The notes under the pieces were generated by a model, which worked only from the letters and a program-made list of their open reading frames with translations, was not told the origin of the DNA and searched no databases. From Escherichia phage teqsoen: a DNA stretch of 64,000 bases. Position 1 is the stretch's first letter; every line of letters begins with the position of its first letter. The DNA lies in the sequence record MN895436.1, one strand, 5' to 3'. A program made the translations under genes and the position numbers. Shown piece after piece: positions 19,353-32,734 of this stretch.

Positions 19353-19687
19353 TTCATAATCACCAAATAAGCAGATTTAGCAGTTTCAACACGATAAATT
19401 TCGTGACGAAGTTTAGTTATACTTTTAATAACAGAACTAATTATATTCTGCCCATCTTTAAAGCGGTTTTTCTTATCAATAAAAATTGCGCCAACCATCT
19501 TTTTGTGAAGCTCAACTGGATACTTCGTCACAATAATAGCATCATATACGGAAGGATGAATACTATTCACCAGAGTGTCATTCATTAAAGTTATTCTAAT
19601 GAACTGAGCTGTTTCAGAGTCAAGCGCTCTATGATCGCCAGTATCATTTTCAAGACAATTATCAATTATATCAGTTAAATTCATCAT
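19349..19687 (-). CDS. Hypothetical protein (cd.1-like)
   Basis: 112-aa ORF. Confidence 0.55.
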   Translation of the reverse strand: MMNLTDIIDNCLENDTGDHRALDSETAQFIRITLMNDTLVNSIHPSVYDAIIVTKYPVELHKKMVGAIFIDKKNRFKDGQNIISSVIKSITKLRHEIYRVETAKSAYLVIMK

Positions 19688-19923
19688 AGTACGCCATACA
19701 CCCTTTGTGCTTCAACTAATCCATCAAAATCCAATTTGAGATGTGTTATTTGATCACCATCACCTGGATTCACAATTACTAATACTGAACGAGGAGTTTC
19801 GGTAATAACACGAACTGATGTTTCAGGAAATCGTTCAGAAACCTTATTTACCAATTCCTGTGCAAATAGCTTAACTTTTTCTTGGAATTCTTTAACAGTA
19901 ATTGGTTTTTCACTTAGCAGCAT
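19684..19923 (-). CDS. Hypothetical protein
   Basis: Track ORF trimmed to the internal ATG (MLLSEKPITVKE...) with SD GAGGAA; the upstream part of the track ORF covers a promoter element. Confidence 0.5.
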   Translation of the reverse strand: MLLSEKPITVKEFQEKVKLFAQELVNKVSERFPETSVRVITETPRSVLVIVNPGDGDQITHLKLDFDGLVEAQRVYGVL

Positions 19924-19949
19924 TTTGTTTTCCTCATTTGTTTGGTAGA

Positions 19950-19975
19950 GCCATAATATCACAACTCTACCGTAA
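19950..19975 (-). promoter_or_regulatory. Early promoter element (reverse strand)
   Basis: GTTTAC-like -35 and TATTAT-like -10 on the reverse complement. Confidence 0.35.
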
Positions 19976-19984
19976 AGTAAACTA

Positions 19985-20260
19985 TTAAATCGCTTTGAAT
20001 TCCGCAGTTTGAGATTCAAAGCGAATGTCGCCTTTGATAACTAACTCAGCATCAAGACCGAATACGACAATGATATGCGCGGAACCTGGATACAGCGTAA
20101 TGGCAACAGAATCCACCTGGTCTGGAAGCAAAGTGTTTAATACATGAGTCACTTGAGCATGGATTCGAAGTTCGGCTGCGTTATCAAGCTTTTCAAACAT
20201 ATTATTAGCGATAATTTGGCTAAACACTACTTCTACGATTTTAGAGTAAGTCGGAAACAT
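19985..20260 (-). CDS. Hypothetical protein
   Basis: 91-aa ORF. Confidence 0.5.
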   Translation of the reverse strand: MFPTYSKIVEVVFSQIIANNMFEKLDNAAELRIHAQVTHVLNTLLPDQVDSVAITLYPGSAHIIVVFGLDAELVIKGDIRFESQTAEFKAI

Positions 20261-20262
20261 AT

Positions 20263-20463
20263 TTACCTCGCATAATTTTCTTCAAGCCAATCAATAACAT
20301 CTAACACATTATCAAAAGTTGAACCATCTACTCTGTCTTCTGTTTCATAATCAAGAACATCTAAGCCTACTCTTCCATCAACAATAGGCCATAAACAAAA
20401 TAGATATTTCTTTTCTTTTTCAATTTTATCACAAAGACGATAAATCTTTTCTATGTTATTCAT
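20263..20463 (-). CDS. Hypothetical protein
   Basis: 66-aa ORF. Confidence 0.5.
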   Translation of the reverse strand: MNNIEKIYRLCDKIEKEKKYLFCLWPIVDGRVGLDVLDYETEDRVDGSTFDNVLDVIDWLEENYAR

Positions 20464-20652
20464 AAGTTTTCCATGGTAAAGGCAGTTTAGTTTTCTTTAC
20501 TGTTAGTTCAACATCAGGATTCTTTTCTCTTAATTTAAGGCATTCCTCCCAAGCTCTGATTTCACTAGTGAATACACAAAATTGCCCATTACTAGTACCG
20601 ACTAAACCACTATTTACAATAATAATAGCCCAAGTTTCATGGTGCAAAGCCA

Positions 20653-20653
<1 letters not shown>
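20456..20653 (-). CDS. Hypothetical protein
   Basis: 65-aa ORF. Confidence 0.5.
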
Positions 20654-21856
<1,203 letters not shown>

Positions 21857-21860
<4 letters not shown>

Positions 21861-22087
21861 TTATTTTTCTCAACCAATGATTGAATATAATCATGCAGGT
21901 CTTTAGATGCTTTACCCCACTTATTTTGGTATTCATTTTTAAGATTAGCACGTGATTGAGCTAATAAAACATCATTAGTTGGAGGTAAAGATTCTAATCG
22001 TTGAATCTGACGTCCATAAATCATTGCTGCCATCTCTGATTCATAAATCAATCCTTTGAGATGTTCAAATTGATGCCATGAAATCAT
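21857..22087 (-). CDS. Hypothetical protein
   Basis: 76-aa ORF. Confidence 0.5.
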
Positions 22088-22383
22088 TTACATTTATCCT
22101 CTTTTAACTCTTGACGATAATAACATATCATAGTTTTCTGGTCATGTACATATCGTTTTACATCATTAAGCCAAATACGAAATTCCTGAGAATCTTCAAA
22201 TGGCATACCGACCCAAGCTTTACCATCGATAACTTTAACTTGCCAAGATAGTTTAGCTTCGTCATATGACTTTATTTGCACAGGCCAATTGGGATGAACT
22301 GTTTCTTTCTTTACTTCTAGAGGCTTTGTAGAACAACCAACTAGAAGACCAATAGATAATATTACTGCTGATAGTTTAATCAT
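22084..22383 (-). CDS. Outer-membrane spanin (lipoprotein)
   Basis: 99 aa; signal peptide with lipobox LLVGCS; immediately downstream of the i-spanin-like ORF. Confidence 0.65.
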   Translation of the reverse strand: MIKLSAVILSIGLLVGCSTKPLEVKKETVHPNWPVQIKSYDEAKLSWQVKVIDGKAWVGMPFEDSQEFRIWLNDVKRYVHDQKTMICYYRQELKEDKCK

Positions 22384-22733
22384 TTAGAAAGGTCCTGGAT
22401 GTCTTCTGCGAACTTGTTGAAGGAGTTGTTGATTTGTTTTTCAACCAATCCTGGCTTATGAGCCACCACATCCGCCTTCTTTGCGTCTTTGCGCAGCTTT
22501 TCATTTTCACGCTCAATAGCAGCAATTGCCTCACGATTTTTATTATTCATCGCATCAATATAATTATACTGAATTCGCAAATTATTTAATGCTAAAGCGT
22601 TTTCATTGGCCGTTTTTGTAATTTCTACAACAGACGTTTCTAATCTTTCAATTTTATTTTTTAAAATTAAAGAAGTTCCGCCCAATGCAATTACAATTAA
22701 TAACAAGCCTGCTGTCGTATTACTTAATTGCAT
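22380..22733 (-). CDS. Inner-membrane spanin
   Basis: 117 aa; N-terminal TM helix (GLLLIVIALGGTSLIL) followed by a coiled-coil-like region. Confidence 0.65.
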   Translation of the reverse strand: MQLSNTTAGLLLIVIALGGTSLILKNKIERLETSVVEITKTANENALALNNLRIQYNYIDAMNNKNREAIAAIERENEKLRKDAKKADVVAHKPGLVEKQINNSFNKFAEDIQDLSK

Positions 22734-23227
22734 AAAGTTTTAATAACCTCTATAATATCGTCTTGAGAAAGACCGTTAATTAAAATATGATGTTCAGCCG
22801 GAGATTTAGAAATTTTAAAGCATGCCTCAACATCTTCTGCCATATCCGATGCACTACGATTTGGATTACTAATTCCAAGACGATGCTTTCCAGTCAAAGG
22901 ATTAACGATGATATAGCATTTGCAGCTATTGATATGAACATTAGGCTGAGTCTGATTAATGAATACTTCGCACTCATACTTAGCGAGTTGATTTTCTAAA
23001 AAGACTTTCATCTCCTCAACCGCATCAGGAAGCATATCACGGGCTTGCTCAAGACGACGATTTCGATATTCTTTAATGGTCGTTTTCCGCTTGACTTGCT
23101 TAGCTAAATCTTTCTTAAGATCGGTGATATATCCAACTCGACGATTTCCTTTGAATACAGAAATCCCATCTGTAGTATCACCGTATGCTTCAACGACCAT
23201 TTCAGTAGTAATAAGTTGTAAATCCAT
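22724..23227 (-). CDS. alc: Alc, inhibitor of host transcription elongation on cytosine DNA
   Basis: 167 aa from the second Met; T4 position between the spanins and rnlA. Confidence 0.8.
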   Translation of the reverse strand: MDLQLITTEMVVEAYGDTTDGISVFKGNRRVGYITDLKKDLAKQVKRKTTIKEYRNRRLEQARDMLPDAVEEMKVFLENQLAKYECEVFINQTQPNVHINSCKCYIIVNPLTGKHRLGISNPNRSASDMAEDVEACFKISKSPAEHHILINGLSQDDIIEVIKTLCN

Positions 23228-23249
23228 CATAAAGTCCTCATGTTATGTC

Positions 23250-23285
23250 AGTAAGATTACTATAACACAACATGAGGGACTTGTA
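23250..23285 (-). promoter_or_regulatory. Early promoter element (reverse strand)
   Basis: Near-duplicate of the 7945..7985 element (GTTTACA ... TATAGT). Confidence 0.45.
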
Positions 23286-23291
23286 AACAGC

Positions 23292-24879
<1,588 letters not shown>

Positions 24880-24883
24880 AATA

Positions 24884-24902
24884 AAATGGGCCTTGCGGCC
24901 CA
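24884..24902 (-). other. Stem-loop between SD-like AAGGAG and the denA ATG
   Basis: GGGCC-GCAA-GGCCC hairpin on the reverse strand immediately after nrdB. Confidence 0.35.
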
Positions 24903-24906
24903 CTCC

Positions 24907-26085
24907 TTAAAAATATTTTTTAAAACTCATCATAACTTTATCATCAACATCATTATCAATCTGTGCAACAAGATAAGATGACAGTTCTACTTCTTGTGGC
25001 GCGGATTGAACATTATCAGAATTAAGATATTCACGAATCCAAGGATATGGGTGTTTAACCGGAGCATCGGTAATTGGGCATGGAAGACCACACTGTTTCA
25101 TACGAGATACAGTTAAGTAATCAATAAAGCTCCACATGCTATTTGTATTTAATCCAGGAACATCGCCATCTTTAAATAAATGAACTGCCCAATCTTTTTC
25201 TTGGCGGTTAACTTCCATGAAAATATCAACTGCTTCTTGTTCACACTCTTGAGCAATTTTAACCCATTCATCGCCATCAGTGCCAAGTTGAAGTTGACGA
25301 ATAATATATTGGGTGCCTTTAAGGTGAAGCTGCTCATCACGTGCAATGAACTTCATAATCTTGGCATTACCTTCCATGATTTCCATGTTCTTATGGAAGT
25401 TAAAGGTACACGCGAAAGATACATAAAAACGAATAGCTTCTAAGGCATTAATAACGTGCAAACAGAGGTAAAGAGATTTCATTAGCTCACGCTTCCAATA
25501 TGTCTCATGCTCAATAGCATCTTCAATAACGTCTTCGTCTGCATTAATTTCTTTTTGGTATTCGATATCAGCTTTAGCGTTTTCCCAATAACGAGTTTTA
25601 ATCAGAACATCATCATAATAACGTCCAATGGATTCAGCACGTTTCATAATAGCTTCATCTAATACAATTTCATCAAATACCTTCGATGGATCAGTATAAA
25701 GATTTCGCATGATATGTGTATATGAACGACTGTGAATAGTTTCACTAAAAGTCCATGTAGCAACCCATGTATCAAGACTTGGGTCTGAAATTAACGACAT
25801 AAGTACAGCAGACGGTGCACGACCCTGAATGCTATCTAGAAGTGATTGATACTTCAGGTTATTAGTAAAAATATCTTGCTGATATTGAGGAAGCTTGTTA
25901 AATTGCGCAGCATCCATCATTAAGTTTACTTCTTCAGGACGCCAGAAAAATGATAATTGCTTTTCGGTCAAATCTTCAAAAACTTTATGGCGTTGAATAT
26001 CATAACGCGCAATACCAAGACCTGAACCAAAAAACATAGGTTCTTTTAAAACATCAACTGGATTTGTATTAAAAACTGTGCTCAT
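24907..26085 (-). CDS. nrdB: Ribonucleotide reductase beta subunit (intron-less)
   Basis: Continuous 392-aa ORF with no interruption where T4 carries a group I intron. Confidence 0.93.
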   Translation of the reverse strand: MSTVFNTNPVDVLKEPMFFGSGLGIARYDIQRHKVFEDLTEKQLSFFWRPEEVNLMMDAAQFNKLPQYQQDIFTNNLKYQSLLDSIQGRAPSAVLMSLISDPSLDTWVATWTFSETIHSRSYTHIMRNLYTDPSKVFDEIVLDEAIMKRAESIGRYYDDVLIKTRYWENAKADIEYQKEINADEDVIEDAIEHETYWKRELMKSLYLCLHVINALEAIRFYVSFACTFNFHKNMEIMEGNAKIMKFIARDEQLHLKGTQYIIRQLQLGTDGDEWVKIAQECEQEAVDIFMEVNRQEKDWAVHLFKDGDVPGLNTNSMWSFIDYLTVSRMKQCGLPCPITDAPVKHPYPWIREYLNSDNVQSAPQEVELSSYLVAQIDNDVDDKVMMSFKKYF

Positions 26086-26136
26086 AAATTTTCCGCTTAG
26101 TTAATAGTTGGTGACTCGTCCGTGAGTCAAATTATA

Positions 26137-28401
26137 TCATAATTTACAGGATGAACAATCTTCAGCTTTTGGAGTTTCTATTTCATAATCATCAGTACCA
26201 GAACCATCGCGGGTATTATGATAATAGAAATTTTTTCCGCCAAAATACCAAAAATACAAAAGGTCATCAATCATTATTGACATTGGAACCTTGCCTTTAG
26301 GGAAGATTTGGGGGTCATAGTATGTATTCGCCGAAGCTGATTGACAAACCCATTTCAGCATAATAGCTACCTGCGTAAGATAAGGTTTATTACCTTTCTT
26401 AGCTAATTTCCATGTATAGTCGTAAAGGTCTATGTTATGCTCAATATTGGGCACGACCTGATTAAAGGAGCCCTCTTTTGATTCTTTAACAGAGACTGGT
26501 CCACGTGGAGGCTCGATACCGTTTGTACTGTTAGAAACTTGGGAAGATGACTCACATGGCATAAGTGCTGATAATGTGCTATTACGGATGCCAAAGAGCT
26601 TAAGGTCTTCCCGCAGCGCCGACCAGTCACAAACGTATTTTGGAGCTGCGATTTGGTCAATCTTTTTATTGTACCAGTCGATAGGTAATTCGCCTCGAGA
26701 CCAACGAGTGTCTGAATAATATTCGCAAGGTCCTTTTTCTTTGGCGAGCTTAATGGATGCTTTAATGAGTCCATACTGTAATCTCTCAAATAGTTCATGT
26801 GTTAAATCGTTAGCATCTTCATAAGAAGCAAAGTTACTTGCCAGCCAAGCTGCATAGTTAGTAACACCTACACCAAGGTTACGACGCTTTTTAGCTTTTT
26901 CTGCTTCAGGAACTGGATATCCTTGATAATCCAAAAGATTATCAAGAGCACGAACTTGAACTTCTGCCAATTCATTAATTTTATCTTGGTCTTGCCAGTC
27001 AAAATTATCTAGTACGAATGCAGAGAGAGTACACAATCCAATTTCAGCATCAGGACTGTTCACATCATTTGTTGGAATAGCAATTTCACAGCACAAGTTA
27101 CTCTGACGAATAGGTGCCTTTTCACGAATAAACGGAGTATAGTTATTCGTATTATCAATGAACTGCACATAAATCCTTGCTGTTCCTGAACGTTCAGTCA
27201 TGAGCAATTCAAATAGTTCACGGGCTTTAATACGCTTTTTACGAATATTAGGGTCTTTTTCTGCTGCTTCGTATAATTCACGGAAACGGTCTTGGTCTTT
27301 AAAATAAGAATAATAAAGCTCGCCACCCATTTCATGCGGACTGAACAAAGTAATGTAATCGTTCTTTCCGAATCGTTCCATCATCAAATCATTCAGCTGA
27401 ACACCATAATCCATATGACGAATGCGGTTTTCTTCTACGCCTTTGTTATTTTTCAAAACGAGAAGATTTTCAACTTCCAAATGCCAAATAGGATAATAAG
27501 CAGTAGCAGCGCCGCCACGAATTCCACCCTGTGAGCATGATTTAACTGCAGTCTGAAAATGTTTCCAAAAAGGAATAACACCAGTATGACGTACTTCACC
27601 CATGCCAATCTTAGAACCTTCGGCACGAATCATACCAACATTAATACCAATTCCAGCGCGTTTAGAGATATATTCAACAATTGAAGCGGAAGCCTTATTG
27701 ATAGACTTCAATGAATCACCTGCCTCAATAACAACACATGAACTAAACTGTCGAGTCGGAGTACGACAACCAGCCATAATAGGAGTTGGCAATGAAATCT
27801 GTCGAGTAGATACTGCTTCATAAAAACGGATAACATGTTTTAATCTATCAACAGGTTCATCTTGATGCAGTGCCATTCCAATAGTCATAAATGCAAACTG
27901 CGGAGTTTCATAAATTTGACCGGTGGTTTTATCTTTGACTAGATATTTTTCTTTTAATTGCATCGCTCCGGAATAAGTAAATTCCATATCCCGCTCGTGC
28001 TTAATTTTTGATTCTAAAAATGTAATTTCTTCCGCAGAATATTTTGACAATAATTCAGGGTCATATTTCCCTTCATTTACGCAATAAGAAATATGGTCAA
28101 TAAATGAACGCGGTTCATACTGCCCGTAAACATGCTTACGAAGAGCAAACATTAAACAGCGTGCAGCTACATATTGATAATCAGGCTCTTCAACCGAAAT
28201 AGAATTCGCAGCAGCCTTAATGACAATAGTCTGAATATCATCAGTTGTCATTCCATCACGGAGATAAGATTTAATATTTTCATATAATTCATAAGGATCT
28301 ACTGATGTTCCTTCAGCTGCCCAAGATAAAACTTTAATAATTTTTTGTGGGTCGAAGCTCTGAGAAACACCACTACTTTTGATAACATTAATTAATTGCA
28401 T
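26137..28401 (-). CDS. nrdA: Ribonucleotide reductase alpha subunit
   Basis: 754-aa ORF with ATP-cone-like N-terminus; T4 NrdA length. Confidence 0.95.
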   Translation of the reverse strand: MQLINVIKSSGVSQSFDPQKIIKVLSWAAEGTSVDPYELYENIKSYLRDGMTTDDIQTIVIKAAANSISVEEPDYQYVAARCLMFALRKHVYGQYEPRSFIDHISYCVNEGKYDPELLSKYSAEEITFLESKIKHERDMEFTYSGAMQLKEKYLVKDKTTGQIYETPQFAFMTIGMALHQDEPVDRLKHVIRFYEAVSTRQISLPTPIMAGCRTPTRQFSSCVVIEAGDSLKSINKASASIVEYISKRAGIGINVGMIRAEGSKIGMGEVRHTGVIPFWKHFQTAVKSCSQGGIRGGAATAYYPIWHLEVENLLVLKNNKGVEENRIRHMDYGVQLNDLMMERFGKNDYITLFSPHEMGGELYYSYFKDQDRFRELYEAAEKDPNIRKKRIKARELFELLMTERSGTARIYVQFIDNTNNYTPFIREKAPIRQSNLCCEIAIPTNDVNSPDAEIGLCTLSAFVLDNFDWQDQDKINELAEVQVRALDNLLDYQGYPVPEAEKAKKRRNLGVGVTNYAAWLASNFASYEDANDLTHELFERLQYGLIKASIKLAKEKGPCEYYSDTRWSRGELPIDWYNKKIDQIAAPKYVCDWSALREDLKLFGIRNSTLSALMPCESSSQVSNSTNGIEPPRGPVSVKESKEGSFNQVVPNIEHNIDLYDYTWKLAKKGNKPYLTQVAIMLKWVCQSASANTYYDPQIFPKGKVPMSIMIDDLLYFWYFGGKNFYYHNTRDGSGTDDYEIETPKAEDCSSCKL

Positions 28402-28718
28402 AAGTCCTCAACTTGAAAATCGTCTTTAAACACTCGGTTAACTATATGAGCTATTATATCACCATGACACGGCTTTGGTTTACATGTGCATCCTAGCCTC
28501 ATTCCACGTAAAGGCTCTAAATGTGCTTTAGTTATTTCTCCGGATTTAATTCGACGTATAAAATCTTTTTTGAATAATTCAATGGCAGCCTCCCGGCTGC
28601 CAGCATCTTTACCGACGTAATTTCCCCAAAATGTACCGCGGTGAATATTAACATCAAAGTCGGATTTGTATTTATTCACTACCCGGCATAGACGGCCCAC
28701 GCTGGAATAATTCGTCAT
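28392..28718 (-). CDS. Hypothetical protein (nrdA.1-like)
   Basis: 108-aa ORF. Confidence 0.55.
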
Positions 28719-28935
28719 ATTGTTTTTCCGTTAAAACAGTAATATCGTAGTAACAGTCAGAAGAAGTTTTAACTGTGGAAATTTTATTATCAAAATACTC
28801 ACGAGTCATTTTATGAGTATAGTATTTTTTACCATAAATGGTAATAGGCTGTTCTGGTCCTGGAACTTCTAACTCGCTTGGGTTAGGAAGTGTAAAAAGA
28901 ACAACGCCAGAAGTATCTTTAAATCGTAAAATCAT
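28672..28935 (-). CDS. Hypothetical protein (nrdA.2-like)
   Basis: 87-aa ORF. Confidence 0.5.
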
Positions 28936-29792
28936 ATTGCCATTTTCCCTTTAATTGCTGGATGCGATTCATAATTTTCAAGGATAAAATCTTTCGGTTT
29001 CATGTATTCAGTTAACCAGTAAAGCTGTGTTTCGGTGTCACAATTTCCAAACTCTATAGGCCAATCAATTTTAAGTTCACATAGTTCTTTAGGCTCACGA
29101 CGTAAAATTTCTTTACATTGCTCAGTATGATTCATATAGATGTGAGTATTACCACCAGAAAATATCAAATCTCCTGGGATAAGATTACACATCTTAGCCA
29201 CAATATGCGTCAAGGCAGCGTACGAGGCAATGTTGAATGGCAAGCCCAAGAAAACATCTACACTTCTTTGGTACCATTGTAAATCAAGATAACCATTACG
29301 CACATTAAACTGATAGAACATATGACAGGGCGGTAATGCCATTTGATTGATTTCAGCTGGATTCCATGCTGAAACGATTTGACGTCGATCAGTTGGTAAT
29401 TTTTTAATACGATCAATAGTTTCAACTAATTGATCCACACCACCGAAATCACGCCATTGTTTACCGTATATAGGACCAAGTTCACCACTATGATATCCTA
29501 GGTCTTTAGCCTGGTTTTCATAGTTATCGTCCCAAATAGTTTTACCTTGAATAAGACTACCATGAGTGCGAAGACGTAAATCATTAACATTGGTAGAACC
29601 GGAAATAAACCATAGAAGCTCAGCAATGCATGCATTCCAGGCGAGCTTTTTAGTTGTTACTGCAGGAAAACCTTTAGTTAAATCCCAGCGTAATTTAGTA
29701 CCGAACAAAGCAATTGTTCCTGTGCCTGTTCGGTCATCGGTTTCATAACCATTTTCAAAAATGTCTTTAATTAAATCTTGGTATTGTTTCAT
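28932..29792 (-). CDS. td: Thymidylate synthase (intron-less)
   Basis: Continuous 286-aa ORF with active-site MALPPCH; no intron or I-TevI-like ORF. Confidence 0.95.
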
Positions 29793-29840
29793 TTAGTACC
29801 TTATATAAATTATAATACATTTTATGAAGCTAATAATCAA

Positions 29841-30188
29841 TCAATACGGTTTAGCAACAAATTTTCTCTCAATTTCAGGTGTGAAATACAATTCTTTACC
29901 ACGTTTGGAAAAGCGACCAATAATATGATAATTATTCTCATCAAACGTAATATTACCAATATCCATAGCTTTCAACCAAATATCGATATTTCTATCCAGC
30001 TTTATGTCAAAATTCCAATACGGAGAACTATTACCGAAAATACTACAAGCGGATTCAGTGAAACAACTGCTATAAATCTTGTCTTTAGGAACTACTAATT
30101 GATAGACACCTTTAATAAACTGAGGACCTTGCCATTTTGGCTGTTTCACGTCTTTTTCTAATAGAATAGGGTAATAATTAAAATTCAT
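29841..30188 (-). CDS. Hypothetical protein inserted between frd and td
   Basis: About 115 aa from the first ATG (MNFNYYPILLEK...); track start is GTG; no recognisable motif. Confidence 0.55.
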   Translation of the reverse strand: MNFNYYPILLEKDVKQPKWQGPQFIKGVYQLVVPKDKIYSSCFTESACSIFGNSSPYWNFDIKLDRNIDIWLKAMDIGNITFDENNYHIIGRFSKRGKELYFTPEIERKFVAKPY

Positions 30189-30208
30189 ATTTTCCGCCAC
30201 GCGTTATT

Positions 30209-31035
<827 letters not shown>

Positions 31036-31046
31036 ATTATCTCCTA

Positions 31047-31379
31047 TTAAAAAGGATCAGGAACATATCCGCTAGCTTTAATCATTTTAATTAACGTTAA
31101 CATTCCTTTGTTAACTGCTCGTGAGATTTCATCAAAAACTTCATCACTAAAAAGTTCTAACACGCCCTTCTGAACTTTTAATTTACAGCCAACAATTTCT
31201 TCATCGCCTATAGTAAATTCATTACCACCAATTCCACCGAAAAACTTAATTACACCAGTTAACTGTCTTCCACGAGAATATGGGTCGTGTGATAAAGTAA
31301 TATGAGTCACCCCGGGTACAGTTTTAAATTGGCAGCGAATGTTTACTTGGGAAATTCCAGTTACATGAATATCAGACAT
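31047..31379 (-). CDS. Hypothetical protein (frd.2-like)
   Basis: 110-aa ORF. Confidence 0.55.
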   Translation of the reverse strand: MSDIHVTGISQVNIRCQFKTVPGVTHITLSHDPYSRGRQLTGVIKFFGGIGGNEFTIGDEEIVGCKLKVQKGVLELFSDEVFDEISRAVNKGMLTLIKMIKASGYVPDPF

Positions 31380-31389
31380 AATATTTTCC

Positions 31390-31689
31390 TCAAACAGACT
31401 TTTTCACAATTTTCCAATCAGCTTTAAACTGTTCAACGTCAGAATGGTAAATCCAGAATCCTGCGCTTTCTCCATCCTCATAAAGAGGGCATCCATCACA
31501 TTCATCTTCCCATCCCATATCACGCAAAAGACGTTCAGCTTTTTCAACAAGTTCAGAATCTTTACCAATAATATTAAAATACCATTTACCTCTAACTTCT
31601 GAATCTTTGATACTCTGACGTTGTAATCTCATTTTATTCTCCTTAGTTGATAAGGCTATAGTATCACTACCATAGCCTGTTGTAAACAA
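31390..31689 (-). CDS. Hypothetical protein (frd.3-like)
   Basis: 99-aa ORF. Confidence 0.5.
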   Translation of the reverse strand: MFTTGYGSDTIALSTKENKMRLQRQSIKDSEVRGKWYFNIIGKDSELVEKAERLLRDMGWEDECDGCPLYEDGESAGFWIYHSDVEQFKADWKIVKKSV

Positions 31690-31983
31690 TTATTTTTGAA
31701 TTTTATCGAGCCACTTACCAAGCTTAATCATTTCTTTAGTAGCCTTTTCCATACTTCTGAACTTAACCAATAGAGGATAGGTATCGACACCCATAACTAA
31801 ACTGGTTACAAGACTGTGTTCACCCACAAGCCATAACGAATACGTTTGAATATCGAGCCCGTAATTTCTGTCTTTGTGGACCCGTACACCCATCACTTCA
31901 AATTTCTCACTAGCTTTTTCTACCGCATCCAGGAAATCATCTTTAGTCATATTAGGCCTTAAAAGTTTTTCGCAAAAGTTCAA
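31690..31983 (-). CDS. Hypothetical protein
   Basis: 97-aa ORF. Confidence 0.5.
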   Translation of the reverse strand: MNFCEKLLRPNMTKDDFLDAVEKASEKFEVMGVRVHKDRNYGLDIQTYSLWLVGEHSLVTSLVMGVDTYPLLVKFRSMEKATKEMIKLGKWLDKIQK

Positions 31984-32317
31984 TGATTTCGTCTACATTG
32001 TTTTCATCTACAATGCAGTGAATTTTTGTTACGCCAGAAACTTTGTCTTTGACTTCATCTTCTTCAGAAGTCGGTTCTTTATACTCGCGAAAACAATGAA
32101 ATTCGTCTTCACAAACGTTAAAGTAAAAATGCTTTCCATTTGCGCATTCAATGTGTTTTATTACTCTAAATCCATCAACAAAGAAAGCTTCTTTAACTTC
32201 AAACCATCCGCCATTATCTCGAATAGCTTTAACGATTGATGAATTAGAACGTGGGCGATAATTAATAAATGTATCAATAAGTCTTGGAACAAGTTCATAC
32301 TTTTTGCCAATATACAT
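31952..32317 (-). CDS. Hypothetical protein
   Basis: 121-aa ORF, Cys/His-containing. Confidence 0.5.
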   Translation of the reverse strand: MYIGKKYELVPRLIDTFINYRPRSNSSIVKAIRDNGGWFEVKEAFFVDGFRVIKHIECANGKHFYFNVCEDEFHCFREYKEPTSEEDEVKDKVSGVTKIHCIVDENNVDEIIELLRKTFKA

Positions 32318-32361
32318 TACGGTTTCCTCATTTTGATAGGGGCTTGATAGCCCCTTGATAA

Positions 32362-32652
32362 TTATTGTTCAATCAGTCCCATGTAAAATTCTGCGTCTTC
32401 GGCATCCATGCCATCACAATATTCATTAGCCATAAAGCGGGTGAGGTCTTCAAGAGGACCTTCAATAACGATTTGAATACTCCAAAACTTAGAATCTTGC
32501 ACGCTTGTGATACTAAGTTCAGGATAACGATTACGAATAATCTCTTCAATATATTCAAAATCAACGATGTCAATATCAACTTTAGCCATATTATTTTCCT
32601 CTTTAATCATCAGCAGTATTGCCGATAGTTGTATAGTACCATGGAAGGACAA
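32362..32652 (-). CDS. Hypothetical acidic protein
   Basis: 96-aa track ORF; probable start at internal MAKVDIDIV. Confidence 0.5.
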   Translation of the reverse strand: MSFHGTIQLSAILLMIKEENNMAKVDIDIVDFEYIEEIIRNRYPELSITSVQDSKFWSIQIVIEGPLEDLTRFMANEYCDGMDAEDAEFYMGLIEQ

Positions 32653-32665
32653 GGATGTAAACCGT
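32630..32665 (-). promoter_or_regulatory. Early promoter element (reverse strand)
   Basis: GTTTACA ... GGTACTATACAACTAT on the reverse complement. Confidence 0.45.
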
Positions 32666-32685
32666 TTTGTGAAAAAATTTTTGAA

Positions 32686-32712
32686 ATAAAAAAGGGGACC
32701 CTAGAGGTCCCC
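32686..32712 (-). terminator. Intrinsic terminator downstream of gene 32
   Basis: GGGGACC-CTAGA-GGTCCCC hairpin followed on the reverse strand by TTTTTTATTT. Confidence 0.6.
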
Positions 32713-32734
32713 AATTAATTAGTAATATAATCTA

